Shown piece by piece: positions 12,165 through 26,076 of a stretch of DNA of 64,000 nucleotides. How positions within the stretch are numbered: the first letter of the stretch is position 1; every line of letters begins with the position of its first letter. Source of the stretch: Phoronis australis (lineage: Eukaryota; Animalia; Phoronida); assembly GCA_002633005.1 (NCBI GenBank), contig NMRA01000322.1, forward strand, positions 124,001 through 188,000. Direction: 5' to 3'. The notes beneath the pieces were generated by a model, which worked only from the letters and a program-made list of their open reading frames with translations, was not told the origin of the DNA and made no database searches. Both the position numbers and the translations under genes were made by a program.

Positions 12165-12366
12165 CTATGCAGACAAACACACCAACACATAAACAAGCAT
12201 CGACTTAACTAAGGACGCGCTGATATAGGAGAGTTCAACGCATACGCAAAGATACGATTAGATTAAACATAGATTGGCAAGTTTTTATCAAAAGACAGAA
12301 ACCAGGTATAATCAATGCGGCAGATTTCATGGACTACACGTCTCCCGTAATGCTTAAAGGTTTTAC

Positions 12367-12492
12367 CGGCAGGTGTCACTGATGATGAGCTATCTGCAGC
12401 AGGTGATGAACCACCTGTAGTCGATGACGAAGACTGTACAGCACCAACGGAACTCGATGACGAAGTAATCGAGGGTGACACAGAAGATGAAC
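12367..12492 (-). CDS. Gene 2 type-C exon (126 nt)
   Basis: ttgttag|GT...GCC G|gtaaaa; inside ORF 12263..12511. Confidence 0.7.
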
Positions 12493-13282
12493 CTAACAAA
12501 CACGTAAACACTTATACAAACAAGAAACGAAACATCACAAACAAGCCAGTTTGATAAAAAGTACGTTACAAAACACGACAACAGTAAACATAATCCTGCA
12601 CAACTCTGATCAGTGAAGGTCAGCTAACCTGTTAAAAATATAAATTGAAAAGACGACCGTGAATAGGTCAGAAATTTGGTGCTTTATTTTTTAAAGCAGT
12701 CAAATCATGTTAGTTATGGGTCGTCAGTAGCGCAGTTTACGCAATTCCATCTATGGTGCTGCCGACGTGTTTGTTTTCAAGTGGGACGGTTGTCGGCTCG
12801 TAAGCCCCCGATGACATTGCAAATGACGTTTGGACGTGAAAACTCATTTATAGTACTTACGTTTTAGGTGGTGCGAACTAAATTAATATCACCAATTACA
12901 AAATCAATTATTAATATTGTAAAAATACTTTTATACATTTTGACTGGTACACACTGACAATTTAGGACAGTGTCGAACACAGGGAAGCTTGCATTATTGA
13001 TGCAAGCTACAAAATGTGTACAAATACTAGGAGAAATAGCGCCATGTTGCAGTTGATTAGACGGAACGTGGTTTTGGAAAGTTTAGAAACAAAGCGGGAT
13101 TAAATTCGTGACTAAGGCAGTGATAAAACTGTTTATATTCTTCCGTACTTAGTTAAAAAGGAAGCATTCGTGGTTGGGGAAGACCTGACAGGAATAGCTA
13201 TTCCTCCAAACTCGATTCGGGTCAGGTAGAAAGAAAGCACGGGTTTAATGCCTCTTTAACAAACAAAAACAGTTTTTATTAC

Positions 13283-13321
13283 AAGCAGATGAAGAGTCGG
13301 CACCAGCATCCGAAGAAGCGG
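13283..13321 (-). CDS. Gene 2 candidate exon (39 nt): AASSDAGADSSSA
   Basis: cctcgtcag|CC...GCT T|gtaata; phase 1-1. It is a shortened relative of the 54-nt type-E units. Confidence 0.45.
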
Positions 13322-13620
13322 CTGACGAGGACGAAGTCACAAACAATAGAAAACAACAAAATTGAAGAGACATTCAACAGAAATGACACAATGTCTTTAG
13401 ACAAATAACGTTATTACAAGTAAACCAAAAATGGACATGAAAATGTGCTAACGCCAGCCATGCAAACATGCATAAGCATTTTTTCAATCTAGTCGGAAAT
13501 TCTGCACAGTCACAAATCGCAATAAGATTTCATTATAGCAGCAGGCTCACGTGATTGTTCAATAGCATCGGCACACTTTTTGTTGTGACAAGAACTCGAC
13601 TAAACTGGGAATTAACGTAC

Positions 13621-13692
13621 CTTGTGCACTTGCAGATGAAGCATTAGCTGCCAACGAAGACGATTGGGAAGCCATCACCAGAGAGGAATTAC
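13621..13692 (-). CDS. Gene 2 type-D exon (72 nt): NSSLVMASQSSSLAANASSASAQ
   Basis: cgtgtag|GT...CAA G|gtacgt; phase 1-1; carries two N-glycosylation sequons (NSS, NAS). Confidence 0.75.
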
Positions 13693-14507
13693 CTACACGT
13701 AACAGTGAAGTACACATAAGCTGACAGGGGAGTACGGACGTGTGAAATGCACATTAAACATTCGCCAGTAAACATGCACATGTGCCCACGTAGGAAAAGT
13801 CTTGAGATTGTTATTTGTTAAGTCCCAAAAAACAAGTGCGACGATAATAGCGTAGTGTTCATCTCCAACACAGATAAGTGGCCATTAGAATACGAACGCT
13901 AACGCAGAGAAAAAATCTGCCGTATTCTGTTGAATATTACGCTGCGTTATATTTTTTCACTCGCCCTGTGTTGCACATAGCCATGGCTGTTCACAAGACC
14001 ACTGCAGCTGTGACAACAAATTCATCAAAAATTAAAATGGAATATTTCTCAAAAATTTTGCTTTTCTTATAAGTATTAGCTCTGAAAAGTGTTCAACTGA
14101 GGTCCGTGCTGCATATACACTTTCCCAGGGTGGAGTATAACTTCATCCCGGGAAGTAGTAGCAAAACAGCTTCGAAACTAAACAAACGCCCCCCCCCCCC
14201 TCCGTTCAATAAAGCTGGTACTTTTCCAAAAATTAGGAATGCATTAACTCTCCCGAAGAAACGTAGAGGATTCGCAGGATATAAGGCGACGTGAACACTA
14301 CATGAATGTATTTATTTCATAGCCATAGCCGTTTCACACAAAACTTATTCGAACGTATCTTTAGATCGAACACTTTACGACTGAGATTTATAGTTGATAA
14401 AACTTCAATAATCAATCTTTTGATGAATAATAGTTTGCAAATTAGAAAAATGCTCAGGAACCAGGCTTGGGTGTGAACTGTTCACTAACAAAAGAAGATT
14501 TCATTAC

Positions 14508-14561
14508 CGGTAGAGAATTTGGAGGCACTAGAACTTGACGCAGAAGCGGACGAAGACGAAG
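14508..14561 (-). pseudogene. Type-E Ser-rich 54-nt exon-like unit lacking an AG acceptor (also 15003-15056, 16878-16931, 18750-18803)
   Basis: Open frame SSSSASASSSSASKFST with G|gtaatg donor, but the position matching a phase-1 acceptor reads tttgtAA. Confidence 0.5.
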
Positions 14562-15990
14562 TTACAAACAATCGAAGACAACAAAACTGACGTGGCGTTT
14601 AAAAAACATGAGATGACGTTATTTATACAAAGAATATGATAAACAAAGCAAACATAAGCATGGAAAATCATAATGCAATGTCTACTAGGTTTGTTTTCGG
14701 CCTGCACAGACTGAAAGCAAGGTCCAAATACGAGATAAAACAAATCACTTTAGAGGCTGAAGTGACTACGGTCACAAATGACAATTAATCGCAGGCTTGC
14801 TACTGGTTGTCTCGTATGACGTAGCCCAATAGCACACGCCATTGTCTGTGCTTAGTTCGNTCGAACACTTTACGACTGAGATTTATAGTTGATAAAACTT
14901 CAATAATCAATCTTTTGATGAATAATAGTTTGCAAATTAGAAAAATGCTCAGGAACCAGGCTTGGGTGTGAACTGTTCACTAACAAAAGAAGATTTCATT
15001 ACCGGTAGAGAATTTGGAGGCACTAGAACTTGACGCAGAAGCGGACGAAGACGAAGTTACAAACAATCGAAGACAACAAAACTGACGTGGCGTTTAAAAA
15101 ACATGAGATGACGTTATTTATACAAAGAATATGATAAACAAAGCAAACATAAGCATGGAAAATCATAATGAAATGTCTACTAGGTTTGTTTTCGGCCTGC
15201 ACAGACTGAAAGCAAGGTCCAAATACGAGATAAAAACAAATCACTTTAGAGGCTGAAGTGACTACGGTCACAAATGACAATTAATCGCAGGCTTGCTACT
15301 GGTTGTCTCGTATGACGTAGCCCAATAGCACACGCCATTGTCTGTGCTTAGTTCGCGTTTTTCATTGAAATTCTAGCAATTGCGAGTGACCTCCTGTCCG
15401 TGGCGGATGCAATCACACTACTTTCAAGCACGCATGTACTTTTGATTCTTCAATTTTAATGTTAATCCTCATTTGTACAGAAATTGGGGTAAAGACCGGA
15501 AAGTTCGAGAAAGCAATACGTTTGGACGTGTTTCTCCTCGTTAAAGGGCACTCGCCAGAAAACAGCTAAAATTTGTGAACTCCCCTAGAGTGCAGGACAA
15601 GTCTGTAAAAGACGAGAAGACGCGATGCTTGCAAACTGCTTGCAGTGATCGTTTGGCCGAGCCTTGCTTTGACGAGACAACTCTGCGTAGTTTTAATCAC
15701 GTCTCTTAGAAAACTTAAATTGAAACAACTAGCACTAAACTTCTTTTCAAGAGAGAAAGAGTTCATCATGCGTGCACCCAGGGGTAACTCAGAGCGGCTC
15801 GAAAGAGCACTCCATTTGGCGAAGTAGGCAAAAAGGTTCGCCTCAGAGAAACAAAAACTCCAAAAAAGTAGAAAACGAGACGGAAGTCCATTAAAATGGC
15901 TACCAAAATTCGGCGAACGCAAAATTCATAGATCTGAACGGCACATGTTTTGCCCTGACAAGAACTCGATTGAACTGGGAATTAACGTAC

Positions 15991-16062
15991 CTTGTGCGCT
16001 TGCAGATGAAGCATTAGCTGCCAACGAAGACGATTGGGAAGCCATCACCAAAGAGGAATTAC
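15991..16062 (-). CDS. Gene 2 type-D exon (72 nt)
   Basis: cgtgtag|GT...G|gtacgt; inside ORF 15926..16150. Confidence 0.75.
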
Positions 16063-17864
16063 CTACACGTAACAGTGAAGTACACATAAGCTGACGGAGA
16101 GTACGCACGTGTGAAATACACATTAAACATTTGCCAGTAAACATGCACATGTGCCTACGTAGGAAAAGTCGTTGAGAATGTTATTTGTTAAGTCCCCAAA
16201 AACAAGTGCGACGATAACAGCGTAGTGTACATCTCCAACATAGTCTAGGGGCCATTAGAATACGGACGCTAACGCAGATAAAAATCTGCCGTATTCTGTT
16301 GAATATTACGCTGCCTTATATTTTTTCACTCGCCCTGTGTTCCACATAGCCATGGCTATTCACAAAACCACTGCTGTGACAACAATTTCACCAAAAATTG
16401 GAATGGAAGAGTTCTCAAAAATTTTCCTTTTCTTATAACTATTAGCTCTGGAAAGTGTTCAACTGAGGTCCGCGTTGCATATACGCTTTCCAAGGTTGGA
16501 GTATAAGTTCATCCCGGGAAGTAGTAGCAAAACAGTTTCGGAACTATCAGCTCAANCCCCCCCCCCCCCCTCCGTAGAATAAAGCTGGCACTTTTCCAAA
16601 AAATAGGAAGGCAATAACTCTCCCGAAGAATCATAGAGGATTCGCAGGATATAAGGCGAGGTGAACACTAAATGAATGTATTTATTTCATAACCATAGCC
16701 GTTTCACACAAAAGTTATTCGAAAGTATCTTTAGATCGAACACTTTACGACTGTGATTTATAGTTGATAAAACTTCTACATTGAATCTTTTGATGAATAA
16801 TAGTTTGCAAATTAGAAAAATCCTCAAGAACCACGCTAGGGTGTGAACTGTTCACTAACAAAAGAAGATTTCATTACCGGTAGAGAATTTGGAGGCACTA
16901 GAACTTGATGCAGAAGCGGACGAAAACGAAGTTACAAACAATAGAAGACAACAAAATTGACGAGGCGTTTAACAAACATGAGGTAACGGTGTTTGTAAGA
17001 AAAATATAATAAACAAAGAAAACATAAGCATGGAAAATCATAATACGATGTCTACGAGGTTTGTTTTAAGCCTGCACAGACTGAAAGCAAGGTCCAAATA
17101 CGAGTTAAAACCAAATCACTTTAGAGGCTGAAGTGACTAAGGTCACAAATACCATTTAATCGCAAGCTTGCTACTGGTTGTCTCGTGTGACGTAGCCCAA
17201 TAGCACACGCCATTGTCTCTGCTTAGTTCGCGTTTTTCATTGAAATTCTAGCAATTGCGTGTGACCTCCTGTCCGTGGCGTTTGCAATCAAACCACTTTC
17301 AAGCACGCATGTACTTTTGATTCTTCAATTTTAATGTTAATTCTCATTTGTACAGAAATCGGGGTAAACACCAGAAAGTTCTAGAAAGCAATGCGTTTGG
17401 ACGTGTTTCTCCTCGATAAAGGGCACTCGCCAGAAAACAGCTAAAATTTGTGAACGCCCCGAGAGTGCAGGACAAGTCTGAAAAAGACGAAAATACGCGA
17501 TGCTTGTAAACTGCTTGCAGTGATCGTTTGGCTGAGCCTTGCTTTGACGAGACAACTCTGCGTAGTTTTAATCCCGTCTCTTAGAAAACTTAATTTGAAA
17601 CAACTAGCACTAAACTTCTTTTCAAGAAAGAATGAGTTCATCATGCGTGCACCCAGGGGTAACGCAGAGGAGTTCGAAAGAGCACTCTATTTGGCGAAGT
17701 TGGCAAAAAGGTTCGCCTCAGAGAAATAAAAACTCCAAAAAGTAGAAAACGAGACGGAAGTCCATTAAAATGGCTACCAAAATTCGGCGAACGCAAAAAT
17801 CATAGATCTGAACGGCACACGTTTTGTTGTGACAAGAACTCGACTGAACTGGGAATTAACGTAC

Positions 17865-17936
17865 CTTGTGCGCTCGCAGATGAAGCATTAGCTGCCAACG
17901 AGGACGATTGGGAAGCCATCACCAAAGAGGAATTTC
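17865..17936 (-). CDS. Gene 2 type-D exon (72 nt)
   Basis: cgtgtag|GA...G|gtacgt; inside ORF 17800..18024. Confidence 0.75.
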
Positions 17937-20866
17937 CTACACGTAACAGTGAAGTACACATAAGCTGAGAGAGAGCATGCACGTGTGAAATACACATTAA
18001 ACAATCGTCAGTAAACATGCACATGTGCCTACGTAGGAAAAGTCGTGAGAATGCTATTTGTTAAGTGCCCAAAAACAAGTGCGACGATAATAGCGTAGTG
18101 TACATCTCCAACACAGTCTAGTGGCCATTAGAATGCGGACGCTAACGCAGATAAAAATCTGCCGTATTCTGTTGAATATTACGCTGCGTTATATTTTTTC
18201 ACTCGCCCTGTGTTGCATATAGCAATGGTTATTCACAAGACCACTGCTGTGACAACAATTTCACCACAAAATTGAAATGGAATAGTTTTCAAAATTTTGC
18301 TTTTCTTATAAGTATTAGCTTTGGAAAGTGTTCAACTGAGGTCTGCGCTGCATATACGCTTTCCCAGGGTTTGATTATAAATTCATCCCGGGAAGTAGTA
18401 GCAAAACAGCTTCGAAACTATCGCCTCAAACAAACCCCCCCCCCCGTAGAATAAAGGTGGCACTTTTCCAAAAATTAGGAATGCAATAACTCTCCCGAAG
18501 AATCATAGAGGATTCGCAGGATATAAGGCGAGGTGAACACTAAATGAATGTATTTATTTCATAACCATAGCCATTTCATACAAAACTTATTCGAACGTAT
18601 CTTTAGATCGAACAGTTTACGATTGTGATTTATACTTGATAAAACTTCAACATTGAATCTTTTGATGAATAAAAGTTTGCAAATTAGAAAAATTCTCAGG
18701 AACCACGCCTGGGTGTGAACTGTTCACTAACAAAAGAAGATTTCATTACCGGTAGAGAATTTAGAGGCACTAGAACTTGATGAAGAAGCGGACGAAGACG
18801 ATGTTACGAACAATAGAAGACATCAAAATTGACGAGGAGTTAAACAAACATGAGGTAACGGTATTTATACAAAGAATATAATAAACAAAACAAACATAAG
18901 CATGGAAACTCATAATGCAATGTCTACTAGGATTGTTTTCAGCCTGCACAGACTGAAAGCAAGGTCCAAATACGAGTTAAAAACAAATCACTCTAAAGGC
19001 TGAAGTGACTACGGTCACAAATGCCATTTAATCGCAAGCTTGCTACTGGTTGTCTCGTATGACGTAGCCCAATAGCACACGCCATTGTCTGTGCTTAGTT
19101 CGCGTTTTTCATTGAAATTCTAGCAATTGCGAGTGACCTCCTGTCCGTGGCGGATGCAATCACACCACTTTCAAGCACGCATGTACTTTTGATTCTTCAA
19201 TTTTAATGCTAATTCTCATTTATACAGAAATCGGGGTAAAGGCCAGAAAGTTCTAGAAAGCAATGCGTTTAGACGTGTTTCTCCTCGTTAAAGGGCACTC
19301 GCCAGAAAACAGCTAAAATTTGTGAACGCCACTAGAGTGCAGGACAAGTCTGTAAAAAACGAAAAGACGCGATACTTGCAAACTGCTTGCAGTGATCGTT
19401 TGACCAAGCCTTGCTTTGACGAGACAACTCTGCGTAGTTTTGATCGCGTCTCTTAGAAAACTTAATTTGAAACAACTTGCACTAAACGTCTTTTCAAGAA
19501 AGAATGAGTTCATCATGCGTGCACCCAGGGGTAACGCAGAGGGGCTCGAAAGAGCACTCTATTTGGCGAAGTAGGCAAAAAGGTCCGCCTCAGAGAAACA
19601 AAAACTCCAAAAAAATTGAAAACGAGACGTAAGTCCACTAAAATGGCTACCAAAATTCGGCGAACGCAAAATTCATAGCTCTGAACGTACCCAGTGGTTC
19701 TTAGTAAAAGGTCCACATTCTCAAAAATTCGAAACCTCTTATTACAGTTATTAGGCTGGGTTCCTGCATGTTCATTGACTAATTTTCAATCCTTAGTTCC
19801 AGTATTTTGAATGGCCCAGTTTTTGACATCAGTTAACAAATAAGATGTTTTTAGGTTATGTACCACCCTCCAAAAATGGCCAAATCTGACAAGCTTCGTA
19901 ACATCATATCTCACTGATGGGATCGATATATACATTTCAGGTAGAATACTTCATGCATTGTTCTACTCAACACAGGTACTGTTCATAAAATGTTCTCCGC
20001 TTGTATGATGGCTATCGAATATATGACTGCCATGATGTTTATGAAAAAACTCAATTGTTGCTAACAAAGAAAACGAAATGATCATTTAGAAATCTCTTGC
20101 AGCGTTTTCATTTTGAATATTTGTATCGAACGAAATTAGGTCATGTGATTGATACCGCTGTTGCTATGCGTGTATCTTTCTCTAAACTTACTAAAAAGAC
20201 GTGATGACGTAATCCATTTAAAAGCAAATGGTTAATAAGTCAAAATAATTTTACTTTCAAAAATATACTTTTACCGACTAGTTAAGATCTATAATTTTAA
20301 GATCTTTGGCTAAGTACATCGACAAGTCCATTAGGTTCTATATAACTTTGATGTGTTTTCAGCTGGATACCCCAAAAAGCACGGCTCAGAACTGCGATAA
20401 AAGCCACCATTTTCGATTGCAAACGATATTTCGAAACATTCAATTACAGTGTAGATCCTTTGGATAGCGAAAAGAACTTGCTTAGTGGACTGATTAGATG
20501 TGGGTATTTTATTGGCTTTAGGGTTATTTTTTTACAATTCTGGGAATTCCCAGCAGCATATCGAATCACCCCGTGATCAAAGTGAGAGGATTGCAATAAT
20601 CACGAAATCAAAGGCAGCGGTATCCAAACAAAGAACATTAGAAGCAAATCCAATAGGAACACGAAAAAGTCACAATGCCACGTCTGGTCGGCAAACGCAA
20701 CAATGATATTCAGTTCAATCTAAACACCTACGGTGACATCAACTTTGTCGGGCATTATTCTTGGTCAAATACAGGGTGTAGTGACAAAACGACGAATTAA
20801 TCAGCAAACCCGATTGCGTTGTTTTTGTGATTGTACAAGAATACAAGGAAATGTGAATTACCATAC

Positions 20867-20908
20867 CTTGTGCACTCGAAGACGCGGAAGCCATCACCGA
20901 AGAAGAAG
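20867..20908 (-). CDS. Gene 2 type-F exon (42 nt): SSSVMASASSSAQ
   Basis: cttatag|CT...CAA G|gtatgg; phase 1-1. Confidence 0.75.
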
Positions 20909-21690
20909 CTATAAGAATCAAACACGAAAACAGTAAGAAACGTATGACGACATATTGTGCACTTAGGGCAAACAACATGAAACTTAGAACAACCTCAAAC
21001 ACATCAATAAACAATTTATAATAATAGGACTAGCAGATAACGCATTTCCTTTCACCAAAGAAGAAAACAAAGAAACACTTCATCACGTTGAACATTCAAC
21101 CATTTGCAGCATGTAGTTTGATATCATGGCACGGGTCTGTCCACAAATCCGCAACTTCAATTTCTAGTGCAAAATGACACTTGGAAACGATCATACAGAC
21201 AACTTTTAGATCCTGGAAGAACTTCAACGACAGACTATTGGCTTGTTATTGGCCATTTCAGGTTACATAGTAGGGTAGCATTTTGGTGATGGAAGGCAGG
21301 CTTGTTGCCGCAGTAAACGAATGCTAACATATCGAAAGTTTGGAAACTGCTTTTTANGATCCTGGAAGAACTTCAACGGCAGACTATTGGCTTGTTATTG
21401 GCCATTTCAGGTTACATAATAGGGTAGCTTTTTGTGATGGAAGGCAGGCTTGTTGCCGCAGTAAACGGATGCTAACATATCGAAAGTTTGGAAACTGCTT
21501 TTTAATAGTTTAGGCAGGTAAGCGCAATGATCTCTTACAGACTATGCAAGCAGATATAAACATGCCAACTTAGTTGAACATTGTGAAAGATTGCGAATTT
21601 CTCAGCACCCAAATGTAAACACAAAAGAGAGTCGGTACTGCGATAGTGCAATAACTGGACAAGACTTGGAACTGACTTACTTATTGGTCC

Positions 21691-21720
21691 CTCCAAGGGT
21701 GGTTGCTCTCCTTAAGAAAA
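21691..21720 (-). CDS. Gene 2 candidate 30-nt micro-exon: GEQPPLEGPI
   Basis: ttttttttcttaag|GA...ATA A|gtaagt; strong splice sites, phase 1-1. Confidence 0.5.
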
Positions 21721-22475
21721 AAACTGCGTTGTGCTCAAACAAGCAAAATTTGACAAGGAACAGCGTACACTTGTTTAATTCAACTTGTAACAATAAATAG
21801 TACGCTTAAAAACTGTATCGCACAAGAATACAAAACACGTTCAAGATCATATTTTTTAGTGTAAAATGACATTTGAGAACGACCATTTTAATGACTTTTG
21901 AGATCCCGGAAGGAACTTTTACAGTACACTGATTACGCGCAAGCATGTTAATTGCTGTCTTACGCTTCTTAGTGGGATGAACGACTAGTAACGGAGTGCG
22001 TTTCTATTTTCCCTTGATTTAGACCACTTCCGCTACCAAATTGGCCTCAAGTTTTTTACCTTCCTGGGCAGAGAAGGTATACATGTATCTGTGTGTGTAA
22101 ACAACTGACAGCTCTTCATTTCATGAAACAGCCTGCCATTTCTTTTGAAGTCATGAAATTTTCCTCCAATTTGACTGAGTGGCCCTTTAACAACAACTTC
22201 TTCACGGTAGGTGATCTAAACTAAAGTTGTTTTTGTGAAGGAAAGCAGATTTATTGCAACAATAAATTGGTTCTGAGATGTCGAAAGTATATGATAAGCG
22301 GTTTTCACAATTAAAGCGTGGAAGCCACACAAACCAAGTAAGCACCTATAACCATGCCAACTTAGTTAAAAGCGTGAAGAGATTGCGAATTTGTCAGCAA
22401 TTAAAGCCAATGTGTGAACTGATATTGAGCATTTCCGTGTTAACAAGAACACAACAGAGCTGGGAATGGACCTAC

Positions 22476-22502
22476 CTCCCTGTGGCGAAGACGAGTAGTT
22501 AC
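22476..22502 (-). CDS. Gene 2 27-nt micro-exon: GNYSSSPQG
   Basis: ttttttgtcttcag|GT...GGA G|gtaggt; phase 1-1. Confidence 0.6.
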
Positions 22503-25316
22503 CTGAAGACAAAAAAATTGCAGTCAAACAAGCAGTCTTACAAAGGCGAGTACACACTTATTGAATTCAACATGATCAATAAACAGTATACCTAGAAAAA
22601 CTGTATCTCACACTAATAGAAAGCAGATTAAACAACTACACAGCAGTCATTCTAAACGCAGTGCAAGAGCCAAGATTATACAGACACTAAGGAACGGATT
22701 GATGAGACGTACTTTGCTACTAGAGGTTACTCATATATCCATCTTTTCGCATCGTATTCTGTTGAGTAATACGTTTTGTTCGCTTTCGTCAGTTGCCCTG
22801 ACTTGTGCAGAGGCGCNAACTCATCGTCATGTATTGCCGTCTCTATAAAAGAACATCCGCCAAATTTCGCAAAGATCTGTCAAAGCCGTAGATGCAAAAA
22901 AAGCCAAATTGACCCTAAGAGCGCTAGAATAACAAAAACATCCCAAAAATCAGTATCAGCCAGTGTCTTTGCATCAGAAACACAAACGTTAATTTTCATA
23001 ATCGTCTTTTGAGTGGTTTGGCAAATACAGAGGCAGACGTGAAAAACATAGGCAAAAATGGCCACCAGGTGGCGCAAAAATTACCAAATCTTTACGAAAA
23101 TCTAGCTTCCTTAATAAAAACCTATTAGCTGAATTTCGTGCAAATACATCCATGAACTCCGAAGATACAGAGGTAAACGTAAAAAATATTTTGCTACTAG
23201 GGGGCACAGTGGTATCTAAATTAGTTTGACATTTGTTTCCGTTTGTCGTTGGCTCCATAGGAACACATCTTTCATATTTCACAAAGCTCCTTCAAAGGGT
23301 AAAGGAGATTCGGCCTCAGACGCGAGAAAAAAACAAAGTCACCACCACGGTGGTCGGACCTGTCAGAAAGTTAAATTCAATCGTGGTCCTCTCATCAGGA
23401 AAACGTCTGTAAATCTCTACTCACCCTTTAAGGGCTATGGCAGACGAGGAGGTGGATTCCACAAAACAAATGCAAAAATAACAAAAATGACCACCAGGTG
23501 GCGCCGAAAACATAAAATATCTGTCTGAAAATAGGAAGACGTTGTCGTCTTCCTAAAAGAAACCTAACTGCCAATTTCATGAAAATACGTGCTTGAAATT
23601 CGAAGATACAGAGGCAAACGTAAATAAACAATTTGCCCCCTGAGGGCACATTGGTAATTGCATGAGTGCGACACTCGTTACTCTTTGTCGACGGTTTCAT
23701 AGGAACATATATTTCAAATTTCACAAAGGTCCATCGAAGGGTTAAGGAAATTCGGCCACAGACGCAAAAAACAAAACTTCCACTATCAGGCGACATAGTA
23801 ATCGGACAAGCATGATGTTACCTTTGAACACACTGACATACCCCGCGGAATACGAACACTGAAGCACAAACTAAGAATAACAAAGAATTTTTCTTAGTTC
23901 CCATTCTCGAGCATCAAACTGTGTTCGCTTTTTTTTCAAGTCTTGAGTTCCATAGAGCCATGACTATTCACAAGGCAAAGTCCGCCAACAGCATGAACAG
24001 CAATGATTTAAAACGAAGGTACTAAAACTCGAAGACATCTACTCACGAAACATTTAAATGAAATGAGACAACTGTTTTCATACGTACGAAGAACATTACA
24101 AGCAGACCAACCACGGACATGGCAGCGTCGTAATAGCTTGTTTGGTTAAGGTTATGCACGACCCCCGAAATATGGCCAAAACTGATAAGCTTCGTAACAT
24201 CATATCTCATTGATGGGTTCGATATACACATTTCAGGTANATACGTACGAAGAACATTACAAGCAAACCAACCACGGACATGGCAGCGTCGTAATAGCTG
24301 GTTTGCTTAAGGTTATGTACGACCCTCGAAACATGGCCAAATCTGACAAGCTTTGTAACATCATATCTCATTGATGGGATCGATATATACATTTCAGCTA
24401 GAATACTTTATGCATTGTTCTACTCAACACTGTTAGGTACTGTTTATAAAAGATTCCCCATTTGTATGATGGCTATCGAAAATACGACTGCCGTGATTTT
24501 ATGAAAAAACTTGATTGTTGCTAACAACGAAAAGAAAACGATAATTTAGACAGCGTTTTCGGGATTTCATGTTAATATTTATATCGAACGAAATTAGGTC
24601 ATGTGATTCATACCGCTGTTGCTATGCATGTATCTTTTTCTTAACTTACTAAACAGACATGGTGACGTAATGCATTTAAAGGCAGGTTGGTAATTAATCA
24701 AAATAATTTTAGTTTCAAAAAGTATACTTTTACCGACTAATTAAAACTCTATAATTTTAACATCTTCGGCTAAATACATCGACAAGTCCATTAGGTCATT
24801 CATAACTTTGATGTGTTGTCAGCTGGATGCACGGCTCAGAAATGCGTTTAAAGCCACCATTTTTGATTGCAAAATATTACTTCGAATCAACCAATTACAG
24901 TGTAGATCCTTTGGATCCCGAAAGGAACTTGCTTAGTAGACTGATTAGAGGCGGATATTTTATTGGCTGTAGGGTTGTTTTATGACATTTCTGGGAAATC
25001 CCAGTAGCAAATCGAATCACCCCGTGAACACGGTAAGGGGATTGAAATAATAAAGAAATAAAAGACAGTGGTGTCCAAACAAAGAACTCTAGAAGCAAAC
25101 CAATAGGAACACGGAAAAGTCACAATACTACGTCTGGTCAGCAAACGCAACGAGGACATTCAGCCCAATCTAAACACCTACGGTGACATCAACTTTGTCG
25201 GGCATTATTCTTGTTCAAATACTGCGTGTAGTGACAAGACGAGGAATTAATCAGCAAACCCAATTGCGTTATTTTTGTGATTGTACAAGAATACAAGGAA
25301 ATGTGAATTACCATAC

Positions 25317-25358
25317 CTTGTGCACTCGAAGACGCGGAAGCCATTACAGAAGAAGAAG
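25317..25358 (-). CDS. Gene 2 type-F exon (42 nt)
   Basis: gttatag|CT...G|gtatgg. Confidence 0.75.
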
Positions 25359-25559
25359 CTATAACAATCAAACACGAACAGTAAGAAACGTATGACAACA
25401 TATTGTGCACTTTGGGCAAACAACATGAAACTTACAAAAGACTCCAAACACATCAATAAAACAATTCACAATAATTAGACCAGCAGATAATTACGTTTCT
25501 TTCACCACATAAGAAAATAAAGAAAGAATTAAACATATAAACACATTGAACACTCATTC

Positions 25560-25748
25560 NNNNNNNNNNNNNNNNNNNNNNNNNNNNNNNNNNNNNNNNN
25601 NNNNNNNNNNNNNNNNNNNNNNNNNNNNNNNNNNNNNNNNNNNNNNNNNNNNNNNNNNNNNNNNNNNNNNNNNNNNNNNNNNNNNNNNNNNNNNNNNNNN
25701 NNNNNNNNNNNNNNNNNNNNNNNNNNNNNNNNNNNNNNNNNNNNNNNN
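25560..25748. other. Assembly gap (N run)
   Basis: Run of N inside the repeat array, so the true module copy number is uncertain. Confidence 0.99.
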
Positions 25749-26034
25749 GGCAAGGGGATTGAAATAATCACGAAATAAAAGGTAGTGGTCTCCAAACAAA
25801 GAACATTAGAAGCAAACGGAAAAAGAACGCGGAAAAGTCATGACGCCACGTCTGGTCGGCACACGCAACAATGATATTCAACCCCATCTAAGCACCTACG
25901 GTGTCATGAACTTTGTCGGGCATTATTCTTGGTCAAATACTGCATATAGTGACAAGATGACGAATTGATCAGCAAACCCAATTGCGTTGTTTTTGTGATT
26001 GTACAAGAGTACAAGGGAATGTGAATTATCATAC

Positions 26035-26076
26035 CTTGAGCACTCGAGGACGCGGAAGCCATCACCGAAGAAGAAG
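26035..26076 (-). CDS. Gene 2 type-F exon (42 nt)
   Basis: gttatag|CT...G|gtatga. Confidence 0.75.

Larger units (their letters stand above)
9470..12920. repeat. ~0.96 kb module duplicated at ~9470-10430 and ~11940-12920 (pseudo-exon A plus type-C exon)
   Basis: Near-identical sequence at an offset of about 2476 nt; ORFs 9502..9720 and 11978..12196 are almost identical. Confidence 0.85.
13577..19690. repeat. Tandem ~1.87 kb modules (about 3 copies), each with a type-D exon and a type-E unit
   Basis: D exons at 13621, 15991, 17865 and E units at 14508, 16878, 18750. Spacing is 1872-1875 after removing the 495-nt N-junction duplicate. Confidence 0.9.
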
